NCBI GenBank assembly: GCA_934215405.1
Contig: CAKPZU010000002.1
Span: forward strand, 1 to 55,634
DNA: 55,634 nt
Origin: an uncultured Bacilli bacterium
GTDB lineage: Bacteria > Bacillota_I > Bacilli_A > RFN20 > CAG-631
Direction: 5' to 3'
Position numbers and translations under genes: made by a program. Below the pieces are notes generated by a model. That model did no database searches and was not told the origin of the DNA. It saw only the letters and a list, made by a program, of their open reading frames with translations. Shown here piece after piece: positions 47,084-55,622 of this stretch (the stretch's first letter is position 1; each line of letters opens with the position of its first letter).

Positions 47084-47112
47084 ATTATATCTATTTATTT
47101 AAGTAATTTGAA
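47084..47112 (-). promoter_or_regulatory. candidate promoter TTCAAA-N17-TATAAT upstream of rex
   Basis: The minus strand reads ttcaaa ttacttaaataaataga tataat, with -10 at 47084-47089 and -35 at 47107-47112. Confidence 0.4.
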
Positions 47113-47161
47113 ATATTTATTTTTTATATGGGTATATCAAAAAATATATACCTTGAAATAA

Positions 47162-47710
47162 CTAGCCACTTAATTCTTTAATATTTATAATATTCATATC
47201 TAAATCTTTGAAGATGATTTTTCCATTTTCTAAGATTATATAACCATTATATGAATTATTTTTAGGGATGGAAACAGATCCTGGATTTATAAAGTATATC
47301 CCATTTTGTTTAATAAATTCAGGAACATGTGTATGGCCAAATAAAACAACATCGTTTTCTTTAATAGGAGGTAGGTTATCCTTATTATAGACATGTCCAT
47401 GTGTTAAATAAATCAAATGATTATTATTTTCAATTACTCCATATGTTGCAAGGAGTGGAAAGTTTAAAACCATTTGATCAACCTCACTATCGCAATTTCC
47501 TCGAACACAAATTATTTTTGTTGTTAAAGAATTTAATACCTCAATTACTTTTTTGGGATTATAATCCTTTGGCAAATCATTTCTTGGGCCATGATATAAA
47601 ATATCGCCAAGCAAAACTAAATAATCGGCTTTTTCATTTTTAAGTGCTTCAACCATTTTAGTACAATAAAAAGCAGAGCCATGAATATCTGATGCTATAA
47701 AATATTTCAT
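47162..47710 (-). CDS. YfcE-like metallophosphoesterase (MJ0936 family phosphodiesterase)
   Basis: It has the SDIHGS, LGDILYHGPRN, RGNCD and GHTH motifs. The start is set at MKYFIASD behind the RBS AAGGAG. Confidence 0.8.
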   Translation of the reverse strand: MKYFIASDIHGSAFYCTKMVEALKNEKADYLVLLGDILYHGPRNDLPKDYNPKKVIEVLNSLTTKIICVRGNCDSEVDQMVLNFPLLATYGVIENNNHLIYLTHGHVYNKDNLPPIKENDVVLFGHTHVPEFIKQNGIYFINPGSVSIPKNNSYNGYIILENGKIIFKDLDMNIINIKELSG

Positions 47711-47723
47711 TGTTTTTCTCCTT

Positions 47724-48647
47724 TTACATATACATTCTTTTAGATTCACATAAAGATGAGATAAAATCTAAATCGAGCTTTGTTAATCTATAGCTTTTTC
47801 GATAAATCATAACATCTTTATAAACCTTATTGTTATCTTCACATTCTTTAATAACTAAGCCATAACGATCTAATGTTGATTTTGGAACTGGAGATACAAA
47901 CATAAAAGCATTTAGGTTTTTAGAAAGTATTTCAAATTGACTAGCCCTTTCAAAAACAAAAATTCTTTTTTTAATAGAATCTTGAAATTCTTCTTTTCTA
48001 ACAGTTGAAAAAACAAGAGATGGAACATATGGATCACCATGGGCAACTTCAATATAATCATCTAAGTCTTTAAATGATAATTTTTTCTTTTTAGCAAGCG
48101 GTGAATCCTTATTAACAATTAATACATATTTAAATTCTGTTACTAATTCACTATTAAAGCCTTTTTCATCAAGCATTTGCTTATAATATTTATCATAATT
48201 TTCAGCATATCTAATAATTCCTAAATTATAGCCATCCTCAAGCAGGTTTTTTAATGTTCTTGAGGAATTTGTTTCCTTATATAAAACCTCAACATTATTT
48301 TCTTTTGCTATTTGTAATGAAAAGTTAGAGAAAGCCTCTCCTATATAAGAAGCCCTTGGAACCGAAATTGAAAATTTTCTTTTTGAGTTTTCGCCATCTT
48401 TAAAAAGTTCTTCAACATCATCAATTTCCTTTAATATTCTTTTACCATATTGAATTAATTTTTCACCATCTGGAGTTAAAGTCATCCCTTTAGCATTCCT
48501 ATCAAAAATAGTAATGCTTAATTCTTTTTCAAGTTCTTTTATGGCTCTCGTTAAGTTTGGCTGAGCAATATATAACTGTTCAGCAGCCTTATTTATCGAT
48601 CCACTTTTAGCTATTTCAACAGCATATTTTAGATACTTAATATTCAT
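47724..48647 (-). CDS. LysR-family transcriptional regulator
   Basis: It has the N-terminal HTH SINKAAEQLYIAQPNLTRAIKELE and a substrate-binding-domain-sized C-terminus. 307 aa. Confidence 0.85.
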   Translation of the reverse strand: MNIKYLKYAVEIAKSGSINKAAEQLYIAQPNLTRAIKELEKELSITIFDRNAKGMTLTPDGEKLIQYGKRILKEIDDVEELFKDGENSKRKFSISVPRASYIGEAFSNFSLQIAKENNVEVLYKETNSSRTLKNLLEDGYNLGIIRYAENYDKYYKQMLDEKGFNSELVTEFKYVLIVNKDSPLAKKKKLSFKDLDDYIEVAHGDPYVPSLVFSTVRKEEFQDSIKKRIFVFERASQFEILSKNLNAFMFVSPVPKSTLDRYGLVIKECEDNNKVYKDVMIYRKSYRLTKLDLDFISSLCESKRMYM

Positions 48648-48684
48648 AATAGCTCCTTTCGATAAAAATATATATTTTCATTTT

Positions 48685-48699
48685 ATCATTTTTAATGAT
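48685..48699. promoter_or_regulatory. possible LysR box (T-N11-A palindrome ATCATT-TTT-AATGAT)
   Basis: A perfect 6-3-6 palindrome about 40 bp upstream of the LysR start codon. This position is typical of autoregulatory sites. Confidence 0.3.
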
Positions 48700-48754
48700 A
48701 AATAAAAAGGGAAAATATGTTTTTATGCAAAAATAGAGATTTTTATTTCTCCTG

Positions 48755-50179
48755 TTAAGCTAATGGTAGTGTTGCTGAAAAAATTGTTAAATTATTTTTC
48801 CTTTCATATGTTAATGTACCATGCATTGATTCAATAGCTGTTTTTGCTAAAAACAATCCTAATCCTGAATTGTTTTCTGTTGTATTTTCAGAAACAAATG
48901 GATCAAAAATATTTTTATCTATTGTAATACCTTTTCCATCATCTATAATATCAATTTTACATATTCCTTTTTTCTTTGAAACAATAACATCTAAATTAGA
49001 GCAATATGAATGTTCAATTGCATTTAAGATTAAATTGATTATTACACTTTCTAAAGCTCTTTCTTTAGCATATACATATAGCTTATCAGGAAATGTAACA
49101 TTTAGAATAATGCCATTAGCTTCACAATCAGGTCTTAAATCATCAGTTACCCTATAAATCATTTGGCTTAAATCTAATATTTTCGACTGCTCAGCAATAT
49201 AGTTTTGTTTTCCATATTTTCCAACATCAGCAAAATCCTTTTTTAGTTCTTCACTTTTTTGTAATATATAATTTATCTTCTCTGTATATTCCTTTCCTAT
49301 TAATGATTGTTTTAAATCAATCAAGGAGCTATACATCACAACAGCTGTTTTTTTCATATCATGACTTATATATAATAATAGCTTATCACGTTCATTAAGA
49401 ACATTTTGTAAACTTAATGTTTGCTTTTCAACCTCATTTTCAAGGTTAGTTGTAAGATAGCGATTTCGAATTTCAATGGATGTAAATTCACTAAAGCCTA
49501 AAACAATTGTAATGCAAAGCATTATGATACAAAGCCAATATTTTTCAGACAAAACGATTAAAGGAAGTATTTTATTATTAGTAAATAAGGAAGATGCTAA
49601 AAAGCAAGCAATTATTCCGTTTAATCTTAAGCCTAATGATTTTCCTTTAAGTATATCATAAGCTGATAATGCAGCTACAATTACTATGTTAATTATCGTT
49701 AAAGCCATATAGAAGACATATAAAAATGAGTGCACACTAACATTCATACATAATGGTAAGGCGAATGCTAATAGACTAGTGATAGATGAAATGGCAATTG
49801 ATATATAAAACACAGGAATTTTCCTGATTTTTTTAGGAAAATAAAGCATAGAAATTAAAAGCATAATGTTTATAGAAAAATAACGAATTCCAAGAAGAAC
49901 ATATGGAATGCTTGATAAATTAAATAATAAATAAGTAGTAAACATCAATGCAAAAATACTAGTAGCATATAGTAATTGAGGAATAAATGTAAGTGAATGC
50001 TTTAAGATACAAATAAAAACGAACATCAAAAATGTTCCAACGCCAATTGCAGCTCCAGCAAATAAAAAAGAGCGATTTGTTGAAGTCATTTTCCTTATTA
50101 AAGAATCTTCTCCAATTAATATTTCATCTTCAATTCCAATATAATTATCATTATCAGTTTCGTAATGAATAGTTACCAT
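48755..50179 (-). CDS. sensor histidine kinase, 7-TM plus HisKA/HATPase_c portion (downstream fragment of an interrupted gene)
   Basis: It has seven hydrophobic helices, the H-box ISHDMKKT, the N-box LILNAIEHS, and the DDGKGI and GLGLFLAKT motifs. No convincing RBS precedes this ATG. Confidence 0.8.
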   Translation of the reverse strand: MVTIHYETDNDNYIGIEDEILIGEDSLIRKMTSTNRSFLFAGAAIGVGTFLMFVFICILKHSLTFIPQLLYATSIFALMFTTYLLFNLSSIPYVLLGIRYFSINIMLLISMLYFPKKIRKIPVFYISIAISSITSLLAFALPLCMNVSVHSFLYVFYMALTIINIVIVAALSAYDILKGKSLGLRLNGIIACFLASSLFTNNKILPLIVLSEKYWLCIIMLCITIVLGFSEFTSIEIRNRYLTTNLENEVEKQTLSLQNVLNERDKLLLYISHDMKKTAVVMYSSLIDLKQSLIGKEYTEKINYILQKSEELKKDFADVGKYGKQNYIAEQSKILDLSQMIYRVTDDLRPDCEANGIILNVTFPDKLYVYAKERALESVIINLILNAIEHSYCSNLDVIVSKKKGICKIDIIDDGKGITIDKNIFDPFVSENTTENNSGLGLFLAKTAIESMHGTLTYERKNNLTIFSATLPLA

Positions 50180-50257
50180 ACATTCTCTTGAGTATTTTCT
50201 TTCTGATGAAATAGGAATATCAATGTATAAAGGCTCCGTTTTAGTTTCATGTGAAAC

Positions 50258-50767
50258 TTAATCATCATATTTTGAAGCTGATGAAAATCCCGTATAATAG
50301 GCAATATTATACTTATCTATTGAACCAACATAGGCTTTATTTTGATATTGGACATATACACTGCAGCTTGAAAAAATAATCGGTATATACATTGTTAAAT
50401 GCAAGTTTCCATCAGGCTTTAATAAATAATCTAAGCTTTTAACATTGTTCCATTCATTATCTAATAAAGTATCAATATAAAAGCGGTATATCCCTTTTTT
50501 TGAAGCTTTTTGTTTTGCATTACTATTAGATACCATTTCATCCATTCCAGCAAATTCATCCGCCAAATAATTAACTGATGTCATTTTCATGACCTTATTT
50601 ATATCTAAAATTGAAACAGTATTTACTGTTGTATTGGATATTTCTTTTACTTTAATTGGTGTTTCACTAATATAATTTTCCCTTAAAAGGCCCAAGCTAC
50701 CGGAAAATGTCACACAAAAAAGGGCTAAAATCAGTAAAATAAGTAAGTGTAAATAATTTTTCTTCAT
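50258..50767 (-). CDS. signal peptide plus N-terminal half of a 7TMR-DISMED2-like extracellular sensor domain (upstream fragment)
   Basis: The start forms an ATGA overlap with the response-regulator stop. LHLTMYIPIIFSSCSVYV resembles the DISMED2 core. The fragment ends at the TAA at 50258-50260, in the same frame as the kinase ORF. Confidence 0.6.
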   Translation of the reverse strand: MKKNYLHLLILLILALFCVTFSGSLGLLRENYISETPIKVKEISNTTVNTVSILDINKVMKMTSVNYLADEFAGMDEMVSNSNAKQKASKKGIYRFYIDTLLDNEWNNVKSLDYLLKPDGNLHLTMYIPIIFSSCSVYVQYQNKAYVGSIDKYNIAYYTGFSSASKYDD

Positions 50768-51453
50768 GATATATCTCCCACAAAGCAATACCCTTTATTA
50801 AATTCTGTGTGAATAATATCACATGTAGGTAATACTGCCTTTAATTTTCTTCTTAAAGATGATAAATGAGCCCGAATTGTTGTCGTATGTAGGCTTGGAG
50901 CACACCAAATTTGCTCATATATTTCATCAGCTGTAAAATATTTTCCTTTATTTTTTACTAAAAAGAACAAAATATTAAATTCTGATGGAGTTAGCGAAAC
51001 AGGCATATTTTTACATTTTACAACTCTAGTATTAGCATTTATAGAAAAGCAACCAAATTCTTGCTTAGCATCCTCCTTTGGTAAAAGTCGTAAAGCTATA
51101 TGAGCTTGTAAAACCCTCATAGTACATGGTTTAACTATATAGTCAATAGCTCCAGATGTAAGGCCTTTTACTACTATATCTTCACTATCTAATGATGACA
51201 TAATAATTACTGGAGGTAGCATTAGATTTTGTGAAAGCAAATCCATTCCCATGCTATTTTTTAAAACTAGATCCAAAACTATAGCATCAAGATTATCTTC
51301 ATGAGTTAATATATCAACAGCTTCATCAATTGAAGATGCGCTAAAAACTATATTTGATTTAGAAAAATAAGAAACCATTTCTTCCTTTAGCTTTATATCA
51401 TCTTCTACAAATAATAATTTTCTTCCACTAACTGTATAATCCATATATATCAT
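50764..51453 (-). CDS. OmpR/PhoB-type response regulator
   Basis: It has the receiver-domain motifs LLFVEDD and VLDLVL, and a C-terminal winged helix (LTPSEFNILFFL, TIRAHLSSLRRKL). Confidence 0.85.
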   Translation of the reverse strand: MIYMDYTVSGRKLLFVEDDIKLKEEMVSYFSKSNIVFSASSIDEAVDILTHEDNLDAIVLDLVLKNSMGMDLLSQNLMLPPVIIMSSLDSEDIVVKGLTSGAIDYIVKPCTMRVLQAHIALRLLPKEDAKQEFGCFSINANTRVVKCKNMPVSLTPSEFNILFFLVKNKGKYFTADEIYEQIWCAPSLHTTTIRAHLSSLRRKLKAVLPTCDIIHTEFNKGYCFVGDIS

Positions 51454-51577
51454 CTGCCTTTTTAAACATTTGTATTATAACAAACAAAAATATCCTATGC
51501 AACTTCGCTTAAAGGCTAAAATAATTATTATTTTGAAGTATTTATTGTTAAAAAGCCTTTTTATTAATAAAAAGTTA

Positions 51578-51597
51578 ATTTGTAAAGATTTGTTAAG
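51578..51597. promoter_or_regulatory. contiguous 10-bp direct repeats ATTTGTAAAG / ATTTGTTAAG (candidate response-regulator site)
   Basis: Read directly, with 9/10 identity and a 10-bp period. They lie in the divergent regulator/surface-protein intergenic region, about 36 bp upstream of a TGnTAAAAT extended -10-like element (51631-51639). Confidence 0.3.
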
Positions 51598-51674
51598 CTT
51601 TCGTGAAATTAGGGGGTTGAAATTTTATTATGATAAAATAGCATAGATATTTTATAAGGAAAGTGAGGATAATT

Positions 51675-54600
51675 ATGAGAACGAAAAAGATAAAATTTTC
51701 AGTTTTATTACTTTTTATGATGACATTTGGCATTTTAATGCTAATATTCTTTAATGATGTTGCCATTCCTACATATGCAAGTCGCAGTAGCTTAGGAACT
51801 GATACTAGTGATGAATGGAGTGGTAGTCAAACTACAGAAAATCTTATAACCATTAAAAGTGGAAAACTAATTAATCAAGGTTGGAACATTCATAGTGAAA
51901 TAAATGGTGATGCCAAATGGTATAAAGATGTCAATCTAGATACTCCTGAATATGGTTGGGGAATTCAAGCTGCTGGCTCTAGTGATGATATTGGAAATAA
52001 GGACTATGAAAATGGCGTTTGGTATCGAATTACTCTTTCAGAGGATGATCAAGCAAGGGCTAATAAAAGCGAGCTATTAGTGTCAGCTAAAGCATTATAC
52101 TATAGGCAATCTACTTTTACCCATTATATTTCTTTAAAATTATTCTATGATGAAAAAGATGGAAAGCAAATCACCTCTACAACAAAAACAGCAAAAATAA
52201 GCTTTAGTGCATATGAATTAAGCATTCAGAACTTTGTGGTTCCTAAAAATACTGCATCAATTCGTTATTATGTATCTAACTGGGGTGGTGGTGCAGCTAG
52301 ACCATTTATTGGAAATTTGACATGTACTTTAACAGATAAAACTGCTCCTAAAGTTAAAGAGGTTGCGTTTGATAAGGACAATAGCAGTATTGTAGATAGT
52401 ATAAATAATATAGCAATTAAAGGCGATACTTTAAAATATTACGTGCAATTTGATGAAAAAGTAGCTGTTGATTCTTATGGTACTGCATTACTTGTTTTTG
52501 ATCCAGATCAAAGCAGTAATAAAGAAACACTTAAACAAGTAATACCTACAACTTCTTTAGTTGATGAAAATGGAATGAGTAAAGTTATTTATTCCTATAC
52601 TTTACCTGAAATTCGATATGATGGCATCATATCACTTCCTTCTATCCAAGATCTAACTGTCACAGATAAGGCTGGCAATTCTTATACTTATAGTAATTCA
52701 TCAATCTCAACAACTAAAGTACAATTTTATTGTAAACTATTTGTTTCTTATTCATTATCAAAAAACATTACGTTTACTGGAGAAACTAGAACATATTATT
52801 TAAAAGACTATACAGCTACACTTACTCCAGAAACAGGATATGATCTTCCAAATGATATTACAATTATTATTGATAATAAGAATTTAGATAAAAGCGCTTA
52901 TACATATGATAGCACTAATGGTAAATTAACAATTAAGGGTAAATATGTTATAGGTGACATATCAATTAAAGCATATGGTGTTGCTAAAAAAACCACTATA
53001 TCATTAGATCCTCAAGGTGGAACTGGTGGAAATTCATCTATAGAAGCAACATATGGTGCCAAAATGCCAAGTGTAAGTATTCCATCACGTACTGGATATA
53101 CATTTGTACAATATAACTCACAAAGAGATGGATTAGGAGTTATGTATTATGATAATAATGGAAATAGTGCTATAAATTGTGACGTCTATAATCCAACAAC
53201 TCTTTATGCTATTTGGAAAGCAAATTCTTATACAATAAAATATGATACAAATAAACCTACCAGTGCAAGTAGTAATGTAACTGGAACTACATCAAATTCA
53301 ACTCATACCTATGATGCTACTAAATCACTTTCTAAAAATAATTATTATTTAAAAGGATGGACATTTGTTGGTTGGTCTAAAGTAAAAAATGGCACAATTG
53401 CATATGCTGATGGTCAAGAAGTTAAAAATTTGACAGCAATAGATGGTGATACAGTAACCCTTTATGCTATTTGGAAAGCAAATACATATAAAGTTTCATA
53501 TAATGCTAATCAGCCTAAAAATGCAAGTAAAACTGTAAGTGGTAGCGTGCTTGATACAACCCATACTTATGATGTTTCCAATAATTTAAGAAATAATGCT
53601 TATTCTCTTACTGGTTGGACATTTACTGGCTGGTCTACTAACCCTGATGCTAATGTAGCAAAATATAAAGATAAAGCAAGTGTTAAAAATCTTACGGATG
53701 CTGATGGTGACGTAGTTACACTATATGCTATTTGGAAGGCAAATACTTATTCAATTGCTTATGATAGTAATAAACCCATAAAAGCAAGTAATAATGCCAT
53801 GGGAAATATGAGTGATTCTAAAGTAACATATGATACAAATAGTACTTTAACTGATAATACTTATTCTCTTACTGGCTGGACATTTGTTGGTTGGTCTATA
53901 AATAATGATGGAAATATTGATTTTAAGGATAATGCTACAATTAAAAATCATTTAACATCAACAGATGGTGACACAGTAACTCTTTATGCTGTTTGGAAAG
54001 AAAACACATATAATATTTCTTTTGATACAAATGGTGGAAGCTTTATGGATTCCATCCAAGTTAAATATGATAACAATATATCAACAATTAATATTCCAAC
54101 ACGCAAAGGCTACAATTTCTTAGGATTCTTTACTGTAAAAAATGGAAAAGGGACAAAATATTATAATGAAGATGGTACATCAACTATTAAATATAGAACA
54201 ACTAATGATATAAATTTATATGCTTATTGGACTCCAATCCACTATAATATAGAGCTATATAGTAATGGTAGCTATGTAGGTGTTATTAAAAATGTTGAAT
54301 ATGGTAAATTAAATCTTCCTTCAAATACTGAATTAAAAATATATAAAAATAACTTCAATTTCGTTGGTTGGAATATATATGATGATCAAAATTGGAGTAT
54401 GTACAATGCTAATAAAGATTATGCTGTTGGTCTTGCAACAGGAGATGGCGATACTATTATTCTTTATGCGTCATGGATAGAGAAAAATATTTATACAATA
54501 TCTTATGATGCTAATGGGGGTGTTGGCGCTCCACAAATGACACAAGCTCATGAGGATGAGACTATTGCTTTAAGTAATATTACACCTTCAAGAAAGAATT

Positions 54601-55547
54601 ATACTTTCATTGGTTGGTCTACTAGTAGTAATGCAACTACTGCTTCTTATTATCCAAGCGATGAATTTACAATGGGAAATGAAGTTGTTACACTTTATGC
54701 TATTTGGAAAAATAATCCTTCTCTTTCATATTCAGCTAATGGTGGTACATTTACTAATGCTCCTTTCCCTCTATATCCATGTATCGGTGAAACAATAAAA
54801 ATTACTTCTTTCATTCCTAAAAAAGATGGATATTTATTTGCTGGTTGGGGTATTACAAGTGATGCTACATCAGCTATTTATAAAGCAAATGATAGCTATA
54901 CAATGGGTGATAGTAATACCATTCTTTATGCCATATGGAAAAAAGCTCAATATGAAGTTACAACAACTATTTCTGATGGCTACACTATTAATGGATTAAA
55001 AAATAATTATTATTATGATGATGTTATGTCATTTAATGTAACAGGAGTACAAGCAAAGGTTTATATTAATGGTCAGCTTGTTAATAAAGATCAAGATGGT
55101 AATTATACATTTACCGTTAAAGAAAAAACACATGTTTATATTGCTAATGGTGCTAAAAAATCATTAATTTATTCAGCTAATGGTGGTAGTGAAGCTCCAT
55201 TTGATAGTAAATCATATGATAATGGCTCAGCAGCAACTATTTCTTCTTTAAAGCCTATTCGCTTAGGCTATACATTTGCTGGTTGGTCTACTAATAAGGA
55301 AGCAACAAGTGCTGAATATACTAGTGGTTCTGCTCTTACATTTGCAAGCGAAGATATTATTCTTTATGCTGTTTGGAAAGCTAATACCTATACTATTTCT
55401 TATGATGCAAATAGTGGAAATGGTACTATGGAAAATGATTCATTATTATTTAATGAGAAAAAATCACTTTCGATAAATTCATTCTCTAAAACTGGATATA
55501 CTTTCATTGGTTGGTCAATTACTCCAAATGCAATATCATCAACTTAA
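51675..55547 (+). CDS. large secreted surface protein with about 10 Listeria-Bacteroides repeat (Flg_new-type) domains
   Basis: It has a signal peptide (KFSVLLLFMMTFGILMLIFF...TYA/S). The recurrent G(Y/W)TF.GW ... LYA.W modules run from about residue 470 to the C-terminus. The start is set at the ATG behind GTGAGG. The track's GTG at 51663 is less likely. No LPXTG or other anchor was seen. Confidence 0.85.
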   Translation: MRTKKIKFSVLLLFMMTFGILMLIFFNDVAIPTYASRSSLGTDTSDEWSGSQTTENLITIKSGKLINQGWNIHSEINGDAKWYKDVNLDTPEYGWGIQAAGSSDDIGNKDYENGVWYRITLSEDDQARANKSELLVSAKALYYRQSTFTHYISLKLFYDEKDGKQITSTTKTAKISFSAYELSIQNFVVPKNTASIRYYVSNWGGGAARPFIGNLTCTLTDKTAPKVKEVAFDKDNSSIVDSINNIAIKGDTLKYYVQFDEKVAVDSYGTALLVFDPDQSSNKETLKQVIPTTSLVDENGMSKVIYSYTLPEIRYDGIISLPSIQDLTVTDKAGNSYTYSNSSISTTKVQFYCKLFVSYSLSKNITFTGETRTYYLKDYTATLTPETGYDLPNDITIIIDNKNLDKSAYTYDSTNGKLTIKGKYVIGDISIKAYGVAKKTTISLDPQGGTGGNSSIEATYGAKMPSVSIPSRTGYTFVQYNSQRDGLGVMYYDNNGNSAINCDVYNPTTLYAIWKANSYTIKYDTNKPTSASSNVTGTTSNSTHTYDATKSLSKNNYYLKGWTFVGWSKVKNGTIAYADGQEVKNLTAIDGDTVTLYAIWKANTYKVSYNANQPKNASKTVSGSVLDTTHTYDVSNNLRNNAYSLTGWTFTGWSTNPDANVAKYKDKASVKNLTDADGDVVTLYAIWKANTYSIAYDSNKPIKASNNAMGNMSDSKVTYDTNSTLTDNTYSLTGWTFVGWSINNDGNIDFKDNATIKNHLTSTDGDTVTLYAVWKENTYNISFDTNGGSFMDSIQVKYDNNISTINIPTRKGYNFLGFFTVKNGKGTKYYNEDGTSTIKYRTTNDINLYAYWTPIHYNIELYSNGSYVGVIKNVEYGKLNLPSNTELKIYKNNFNFVGWNIYDDQNWSMYNANKDYAVGLATGDGDTIILYASWIEKNIYTISYDANGGVGAPQMTQAHEDETIALSNITPSRKNYTFIGWSTSSNATTASYYPSDEFTMGNEVVTLYAIWKNNPSLSYSANGGTFTNAPFPLYPCIGETIKITSFIPKKDGYLFAGWGITSDATSAIYKANDSYTMGDSNTILYAIWKKAQYEVTTTISDGYTINGLKNNYYYDDVMSFNVTGVQAKVYINGQLVNKDQDGNYTFTVKEKTHVYIANGAKKSLIYSANGGSEAPFDSKSYDNGSAATISSLKPIRLGYTFAGWSTNKEATSAEYTSGSALTFASEDIILYAVWKANTYTISYDANSGNGTMENDSLLFNEKKSLSINSFSKTGYTFIGWSITPNAISST
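53220..53999 (+). repeat. three tandem 258/261/261-bp coding repeats (86-87 aa each) inside the surface protein gene
   Basis: Unit starts are at 53220, 53478 and 53739. Each unit begins with gcaaat (A-N) after LYAIWK and ends with ...TLYA(I/V)WK. Confidence 0.85.
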
Positions 55548-55577
55548 GAGGATTACCATTAATCCTCTTGTTTTTTT
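55546..55577 (+). terminator. rho-independent terminator of the surface protein gene
   Basis: The 9-bp stem aagaggatt (55546-55554) pairs with aatcctctt (55561-55569), with loop accatt. It is followed by g ttttttt. The left arm overlaps the TAA stop. Confidence 0.8.
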
Positions 55578-55622
55578 ATCAAAATGTATTATAATAATTA
55601 TAATACAATAGGAGGCATTTGT

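Larger units (their letters stand above)
48755..50767 (-). pseudogene. 7TMR-DISM-type sensor histidine kinase interrupted by a single in-frame TAA
   Basis: The two ORFs share a frame. The 26 codons between them (VSHETKTEPLYIDIPISSERKYSREC) contain no stop. The extracellular-domain-like sequence continues across the stop. Confidence 0.55.

Noticed and set aside
47130-47151. The inverted repeat ggtatat-N8-atatacc just downstream of the yfcE-like gene, considered as a possible terminator.
   Set aside because: The 7-bp stem is all weak pairs and no T-run follows on the relevant strand. The support is insufficient.
47060-47161. A canonical Rex operator (TTGTGAA-N6-TTCACAA or TTGTTAA-N4-TTAACAA) upstream of rex-adhE.
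   Set aside because: No reasonable match was found by eye in this interval. The absence is noted in the Rex finding rather than reported as a site.
432-55476. Roughly thirty short (60-103 aa) ORFs in the six-frame track lie inside or antisense to longer genes. Examples: 432-629, 3379-3564, 3526-3723, 3844-4074, 5636-5872, 10548-10730, 14473-14667, 15522-15725, 15756-15947, 21925-22107, 25775-25999, 26090-26293, 31350-31661, 33984-34229, 39104-39304, 39980-40171, 40789-41047, 42544-42768, 44566-44905, 45917-46132, 46324-46506, 47401-47643, 48870-49157, 49476-49661, 54610-54798, 55276-55476.
   Set aside because: Each is fully embedded in a longer ORF that has clear family motifs. Their translations are low-complexity, Leu/Phe/Ile-rich mirror sequences with no RBS or motif. 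These are typical shadow ORFs.
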